Shown here piece by piece: positions 58,159 through 64,000 of a stretch of 64,000 nt of DNA; positions within the stretch are counted from its first letter, which is position 1, and each line of letters begins with the position of its first letter. The notes under the pieces were generated by a model. It did no database searches. It saw only the letters and a program-made list of their open reading frames with translations, and had not been told where the DNA came from. A program made the translations under genes and the position numbers. This DNA is from Burkholderiaceae bacterium (lineage in GTDB: Bacteria > Pseudomonadota > Gammaproteobacteria > Burkholderiales > Burkholderiaceae_F), in assembly GCA_034522655.1 (NCBI GenBank), contig JAXHLD010000032.1:10530-74529 (forward strand). Reading direction: 5' to 3'.

Positions 58159-58584
58159 ATGAAATCGCGGTCTCTTCTCGCCATCGCCTGCGCCCTTGCA
58201 CTGGTCGCGGCAGGCGTGCGTGCGCAACCGTTGGATGCGCCGCCGCCGTTGCCTTCCAAGGCGCCCGCGAGCGTGCCGGCTGCGCCGGCGCGGCAGGACG
58301 CGCCCAGGCCCGTAATGCCGCGGCCGAATCCGGTCAATTCCGAGAAGATCGGCCCGATCACGGAAGACGAAGCACTGGCCGATCTGCCGCCGGCGCGTCT
58401 CACCGCGCCCGAGACCCGCATCGAGCAGCGGCGCCAGGGCAACCGCATTGTTGAACTCACGGTAACGCCGGCCGGGTCCACCCGCAGCTACACCATCGTC
58501 AACCGCGAGGGTCAGCGCCCGCTCGGCGCCGACGAACTGAGCGCCGGACTGTCGACGCCGCGCTTTCTCAAGTTCGATTTCTGA
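58159..58584 (+). CDS. DUF2782-like secreted protein
   Basis: 141 aa with a signal peptide (MKSRSLLAIACALALVAAGVRA), a Pro-rich linker, and a C-terminal ...RIVELTVTPAGSTRSYTIVN...PRFLKFDF. Confidence 0.7.
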   Translation: MKSRSLLAIACALALVAAGVRAQPLDAPPPLPSKAPASVPAAPARQDAPRPVMPRPNPVNSEKIGPITEDEALADLPPARLTAPETRIEQRRQGNRIVELTVTPAGSTRSYTIVNREGQRPLGADELSAGLSTPRFLKFDF

Positions 58585-58663
58585 CCGGATGCCCCGCGCC
58601 ATCGATCGCGCACCGCGCGCGGCTTGCCTGTGGGCCACGCATCAGCGCGCGGCACGCTGATCG

Positions 58664-59635
58664 ATGGCCGTCTTCACCCCGCTCTCCGAGGCCGACGTCG
58701 CGCGACTGCTCGCGCACTACGCGCTGGGCGAGCTCCAATCGCTCGAGCCGATTGCCGCCGGCATCGAGAACACCAACTACTTCGTCACCACCGCCCGCGG
58801 CCGCTGGGTGCTGACGGTGTTCGAGCGACTGACCTTCACCCAGCTGCCGTTCTACCTCGAGTTGATGCGCCACCTGTCGCAGCGCGGGCTGCCGGTGCCG
58901 CTGCCGCAGGAAAACAACGCCGGCAGCCTGTTGTCCGAGGCACGCGGCAAGCCGGCTGCCATCGTCACCCGCATGGCCGGGCGCTGGGTGCCGGCGCCGA
59001 GCGCGGCGCACTGCGCGCGCATCGGCACGCTGCTGGCGAAGTTGCACGTGGCAGCGCAGGACTTCCCGCGCTTTCAGCCCAACCTGCGCGGCATCGGCTG
59101 GTGGAAGAGCACGCTGCCGAAGCTCGACCGCCACATTCCCGATCACCTGTTCTCGCTGCTGGCCGAGGAAGTGATCCATCAGGACAGCTTCTTCCGCAGC
59201 CCCGGCTTCGAGCAACTGCCGGCCGGACCGGTGCACGCCGACCTGTTCCGCGACAACGTGCTGTGGGAGGGCGATGGCACGGCCGCCGCAGTCGGCGGCG
59301 TGATCGATTTCTACTTCGCCGGCTGCACCCTGTGGCTGTATGACCTTGCGGTGACGGTCAACGACTGGTGCGCCGATGTCGACTCGGGCGCATTCGACCT
59401 GCCGCGCATCAAGGCGCTGCTCAACGCGTACCACGCCGAGCGGCCGCTGCTGGCGACCGAGCACGCCGCCTGGCCGACGGTGCTGCGCGCGGCCGCGCTG
59501 CGCTTCTGGATGTCGCGCCTGTACGACTATTACCTGCCGCGTCCGGCCACCATGCTGACACCGCATGACCCGACGCGCTTCGAGCGCATGATCGCGCTGC
59601 GGATCGCCGACCCCAGCCCGCCCTGGATCGACTGA
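58664..59635 (+). CDS. thrB: homoserine kinase (type II, ThrB)
   Basis: 323 aa with GIENTNYFV, the catalytic loop HADLFRDNVL, IDFYFA, and an APH-like fold. Confidence 0.88.
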   Translation: MAVFTPLSEADVARLLAHYALGELQSLEPIAAGIENTNYFVTTARGRWVLTVFERLTFTQLPFYLELMRHLSQRGLPVPLPQENNAGSLLSEARGKPAAIVTRMAGRWVPAPSAAHCARIGTLLAKLHVAAQDFPRFQPNLRGIGWWKSTLPKLDRHIPDHLFSLLAEEVIHQDSFFRSPGFEQLPAGPVHADLFRDNVLWEGDGTAAAVGGVIDFYFAGCTLWLYDLAVTVNDWCADVDSGAFDLPRIKALLNAYHAERPLLATEHAAWPTVLRAAALRFWMSRLYDYYLPRPATMLTPHDPTRFERMIALRIADPSPPWID

Positions 59636-59743
59636 CCCCGCCACATCGTTTGCGACGGCGGCCAGGGAATAGCGCGCGGGTATCAAAGCGAGCGAACGCG
59701 CGTCATCGAGCGCGCGGCGCCTCCCACTAGAATCGAGCGCACG

Positions 59744-60508
59744 ATGCAGATCAATTCGGTTTCCGCCAGCGCCGGTGTGCGCTGGCTTCTTGGCGGTGCG
59801 CAATTGCTACGCAAGCAGCCCCTCGGCCTGCCGGCCATGGTGGTGGTCTACCTGATGCTGCTGCTGGTGCCGGCGGTGATTCCGCTGGTGGGACTGGCGC
59901 TTGCCGGCGTGCTCGGTCCGTTTGCCACGGTCGGCCTGATGCAGTGCTTCCGCGAGGTGGCGCAGGGCCGCGCGCCCAGTCCCGTCCAGTACATGCAACC
60001 GTTCCAGGACGAGCGCCAGCGCACCAACCTGTTTCGGCTCGGGCTCGTCAATGCCGGCCTGCTGATGGTGGTGGCGGTGCTCGCCTCGCTGGTCGCGCCC
60101 GAGGAGAGCACGGCTGCGCCGCAGTCGATCGAAGAACTGCCGCTGCAGACGCTGGTGGTGCAGTTGCTGCTGTACTCGCCGGTGATGGTGCTGATGTGGT
60201 TTGCGCCGCTGCTGGCCTGCTGGCACGATGCGAGCCCGGCCAAGGCGATGTTCGGCAGCGCCGTGGCCTGCCTGCGCAACGTGGGTGCGCTGCTCGTCTA
60301 TGGCGTGGCGGCGACGGCACTGACGGTGGCGGTGAGTTTCGTGCTGATCGGCGCGCTGGCGGCAGTGATCTCCTCGCGCGAAGCGCTGTCGTTCGTCGTC
60401 GCGCCCGTGGCCCTGTTGCTGATGACCGTGGTCCAGGGCAGTTTCTATCCGATGTACCTGTCCGTTTTCGCCGCGGCGCCTGTAGCGCGCGAGGCCGACC
60501 CGTCATGA
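59744..60508 (+). CDS. BPSS1780-like polytopic membrane protein of unknown function
   Basis: 254 aa with 5-6 TM segments. The stop overlaps the oxyR ATG (ATGA). Confidence 0.6.
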   Translation: MQINSVSASAGVRWLLGGAQLLRKQPLGLPAMVVVYLMLLLVPAVIPLVGLALAGVLGPFATVGLMQCFREVAQGRAPSPVQYMQPFQDERQRTNLFRLGLVNAGLLMVVAVLASLVAPEESTAAPQSIEELPLQTLVVQLLLYSPVMVLMWFAPLLACWHDASPAKAMFGSAVACLRNVGALLVYGVAATALTVAVSFVLIGALAAVISSREALSFVVAPVALLLMTVVQGSFYPMYLSVFAAAPVAREADPS

Positions 60509-61449
60509 CGCTCACCGAACTCAAGTACATCGTCGCGGTGGCGCGCGAGCGCCACTTCGGCCGCGCTGCCGAGGCGTGCTTCGTCAGCCAGCCGACGCTG
60601 TCGGTGGCGATCAAGAAGCTCGAGGACGAACTGGGCACGCTGCTGTTCGAACGGCGCAGTAACGAGATCACCTTGACCCCGGTGGGGGAGCGGATCATCG
60701 CGCAGGCCCAGCGCGTGCTCGATGATGCCGCGCAGATCAAGGAGATCGCCAAGCAGGGCAAGGACCCGCTCAATGGGCCGCTGCGGCTGGGTGTGATTTA
60801 CACCATCAGCCCGTACCTGCTGCCGGCGCTGGTGCGTCAGATGCTGAAGGACGCGCCGAAGATGCCGCTGCTGCTCAACGAGAACCTGACGGTTAAGCTG
60901 ATCGAGATGGTGAAGAACGGCGAGGTGGACGTGGCCGTGCTGGCGCTGCCGCTGCCTGATACCGGCACGATGATCCAGCCGGTGTACGACGAGCCGTTCA
61001 TGGTCGCGTTCCCCAAGGGCCACCCTTGGGGAACCCGCAAGTCGATCTCGAGCGAGGATCTGAAGAGCGAGACGATGCTGCTGCTCGGTACCGGACACTG
61101 CTTCCGCGACCAGGTGCTCGAGGTGTGTCCGGAACTGTCGCGCTTCTCGGTCGCAGCCGAGGGCATGCAGAAGACGTTCGAGGGCTCGTCGCTGGAGACG
61201 ATCCGCCAGATGGTGGCCTCGGGCGTGGGCGTGACCGTGATGCCGATCACCTCGGTGCCCGAGAAGATGCCGCGCGACTCGCTGATCGACTACAAGCCGT
61301 TCAAGGCGCCTGCGCCCGACCGCCGGGTGGTACTGATGTGGCGCAAGAGCTTTACCCGGGTGAAGGCAATCGACGTGCTGCGGCGCGCGATACTGAAGTG
61401 CCCGCTGCCCGGTGTGACCACGCTTGACCTGCCCGCGCAGGCGCACTGA
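60505..61449 (+). CDS. oxyR: LysR-family hydrogen-peroxide sensor OxyR
   Basis: MTLTELKYIVAVARERHFGRAAEACFVSQPTLSVAIKKLE (HTH), and the redox pair in LLLGTGHCFRDQVLEVCPE (equivalent to Cys199/Cys208). Confidence 0.85.
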   Translation: MTLTELKYIVAVARERHFGRAAEACFVSQPTLSVAIKKLEDELGTLLFERRSNEITLTPVGERIIAQAQRVLDDAAQIKEIAKQGKDPLNGPLRLGVIYTISPYLLPALVRQMLKDAPKMPLLLNENLTVKLIEMVKNGEVDVAVLALPLPDTGTMIQPVYDEPFMVAFPKGHPWGTRKSISSEDLKSETMLLLGTGHCFRDQVLEVCPELSRFSVAAEGMQKTFEGSSLETIRQMVASGVGVTVMPITSVPEKMPRDSLIDYKPFKAPAPDRRVVLMWRKSFTRVKAIDVLRRAILKCPLPGVTTLDLPAQAH

Positions 61450-61539
61450 CGCCTCGCCGCGCTCGGCTGCGGTCGAGCCGCCGATAGCGCGCCTGCATCG
61501 CAGACAGCGGAACTCTCGATTGGCGCCGCACGCGGGCCG

Positions 61540-61563
61540 TCGATAGCATTGAAGTGCAATCGA
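61540..61563. promoter_or_regulatory. imperfect dyad upstream of dps (candidate operator)
   Basis: tcgatagca-ttgaag-tgcaatcga (8/9 symmetric), 17-40 nt before the dps ATG. A second ATAG-containing half-site is at 61484. Confidence 0.35.
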
Positions 61564-61579
61564 TTCTGGAGAAACTCTC

Positions 61580-62089
61580 ATGGCTAAAGGCAAGGCAAAG
61601 GCAGTCACGGGCAATGGTGCGCCGTCGATCGACATCGGTATTGCCGACAAGGACCGCGCGAAGATCGTCGACGGCCTGTCGCGCGTGCTCGCCGACACCT
61701 ACTCGCTTTACTTGAAGACTCACAATTTCCACTGGAACGTGGAAGGTCCGATGTTCAACACGCTGCATCTGATGTTCATGGACCAGTACACGGAGCTGTG
61801 GACCGCGCTCGATGCGATCGCCGAACGCATCCGCGCGCTCGGCTATCCGGCGCCCGGCACCTACAAGCAGTTCGCCAAGCTCACGTCGATCGAGGAGACC
61901 GATGGCGTGCCCGAGGCGCTCGACATGGTGCGCCTGCTGGTCGCTGGCCACGAAGCGGTGACCCGCACGGCGCGTGCGGCGTTTCCCGCGGCGGAAAAGG
62001 GCGGCGACGAGTCGACGGTGGACCTTTTGACGCAGCGGCTGCAGATCCACGAGAAGACCGCCTGGATGCTGCGCAGCCTGCTGAAGTAG
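61580..62089 (+). CDS. dps: Dps family DNA-binding ferritin-like protein
   Basis: 169 aa with [21 protein letters not shown].....D.IAERI, the ferroxidase-site residue pattern. The SD is ggaga. Confidence 0.92.
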   Translation: MAKGKAKAVTGNGAPSIDIGIADKDRAKIVDGLSRVLADTYSLYLKTHNFHWNVEGPMFNTLHLMFMDQYTELWTALDAIAERIRALGYPAPGTYKQFAKLTSIEETDGVPEALDMVRLLVAGHEAVTRTARAAFPAAEKGGDESTVDLLTQRLQIHEKTAWMLRSLLK

Positions 62090-62108
62090 GACAGTCGCGG
62101 CGCCGGGA

Positions 62109-63182
<1,074 letters not shown>

Positions 63183-63215
63183 CCGTCGTCGATCGCGATC
63201 GTGCCGTTCCGTGCC

Positions 63216-64000
63216 TCATTTCTCGGTCTCCACCAAACCCTTGATGAACCAGCGCTGCATCAGGATCACGACCAGCGCCGGTGGCAGCAGCGCGAGCAGG
63301 GTGGTCGCCATCACGAGGTTCCAGTCGGTGGTGGCGTCGCCGGTGCCGATCATCTTCTTGATACCGACCACGATCGTGTCGAGGTTCTGGTCGGTGACGA
63401 TCAGAAGCGGCCACAGGTACTGGTTCCAGCCGTAGATGAACAGGATCACCGCGAGCGCCGCGATGTTGGTGCGCGACAGCGGCAGCACCACGTCCTTGAA
63501 GAAGCGCAGCGGGCCAGCGCCGTCGATCTTGGCCGCTTCCACGTACTCGTCGGGGATGGTCAGGAAGAACTGGCGGAACAGGAACGTGGCGGTGGCCGAG
63601 GCGATCAGCGGGATCGTCAGCCCGGCAAACGAGTTGATCAGGCCGAGGTCGCTGACCACCTCGTAGGTCGGCAGGATGCGCACCTCCACCGGCAGCATCA
63701 ACGTGATGAAGATGCACCAGAAGAAGAACATGCGGCCGGGAAAGCGGAAGAACACCACCGCGTAGGCGCTGATGATCGACACGGCGATCTTGCCCGCCGT
63801 AATGACCAGCGCCATCACCAGGCTGTTCCACATCATCGACATCACGGGCGAGCTGAGGCGCTGCACGCCGCCACGCAGAAGCGCGTCACGGTAGTTCTCC
63901 ACCAGGTGCACACCCGGCAGGAGCGACATCGGCGCCTGCGCGATTGCCTGGTTAGTCAGCGTCGAGGCGACGAACGCCAGGTAGATCGGGAAGGCCACGA
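63216..64000 (-). CDS. ugpE: sn-glycerol-3-phosphate ABC transporter permease UgpE (5' end beyond the window)
   Basis: [14 protein letters not shown]..., with the EAA loop [21 protein letters not shown]. The frame is intact to the stop at 63216. Confidence 0.88.
   Translation of the reverse strand, partial: VAFPIYLAFVASTLTNQAIAQAPMSLLPGVHLVENYRDALLRGGVQRLSSPVMSMMWNSLVMALVITAGKIAVSIISAYAVVFFRFPGRMFFFWCIFITLMLPVEVRILPTYEVVSDLGLINSFAGLTIPLIASATATFLFRQFFLTIPDEYVEAAKIDGAGPLRFFKDVVLPLSRTNIAALAVILFIYGWNQYLWPLLIVTDQNLDTIVVGIKKMIGTGDATTDWNLVMATTLLALLPPALVVILMQRWFIKGLVETEK

Overview
High-GC (about 68-70% by eye) chromosomal core region of a betaproteobacterium. Gene content and synteny look Burkholderiales-like: panB-folK-pcnB-hda, miaA-mutL, amiC-tsaE-queG, pilT/pilU opposite yggS-proC, leuS-lptE-holA-proA, DUF2782-thrB, oxyR-dps, and a Bug-family binding protein. 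I find about 60 protein genes, one tRNA-Thr(CGU), one decayed IS701-family insertion sequence, several intrinsic terminators and a few repeat families. I see no CRISPR array, rRNA, prophage or recognisable defence, toxin or secretion island, so I cannot point to a clear multi-gene novel system. Seven things deserve a second look. (1) uvrD carries a canonical Hint-type intein inserted in helicase motif III (DDDQ|C...HN|SIY), and its middle domain is unrecognised. (2) An uncharacterised ~290-aa all-helical ORF sits between yggS and proC, is translationally coupled to yggS, and reads in frame into proC. (3) Sharply bounded patches are dense in 1-2 nt indels (livHMGF, ilvD+lgt, ugpC, the uvrD N-terminus, the IS transposase, plus single slips in leuS, proA and the yggS-proC ORF) while adjacent genes are perfect. 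This looks more like unpolished sequence than real decay, but it needs checking because essential genes are affected. (4) An inverted pair of GGGATTC heptamer arrays fills the hda/purM-like divergent spacer, and hda has no canonical start codon. (5) A 3 x 60-bp tandem repeat exactly fills the argD-GNAT spacer. (6) There are two orphan terminator/candidate sRNA regions and a 470-bp structured G-rich spacer upstream of leuS. (7) A low-GC orphan lipoprotein gene lies next to the IS. All protein calls rest on my reading of the supplied translations and motif recognition. No database search was run.
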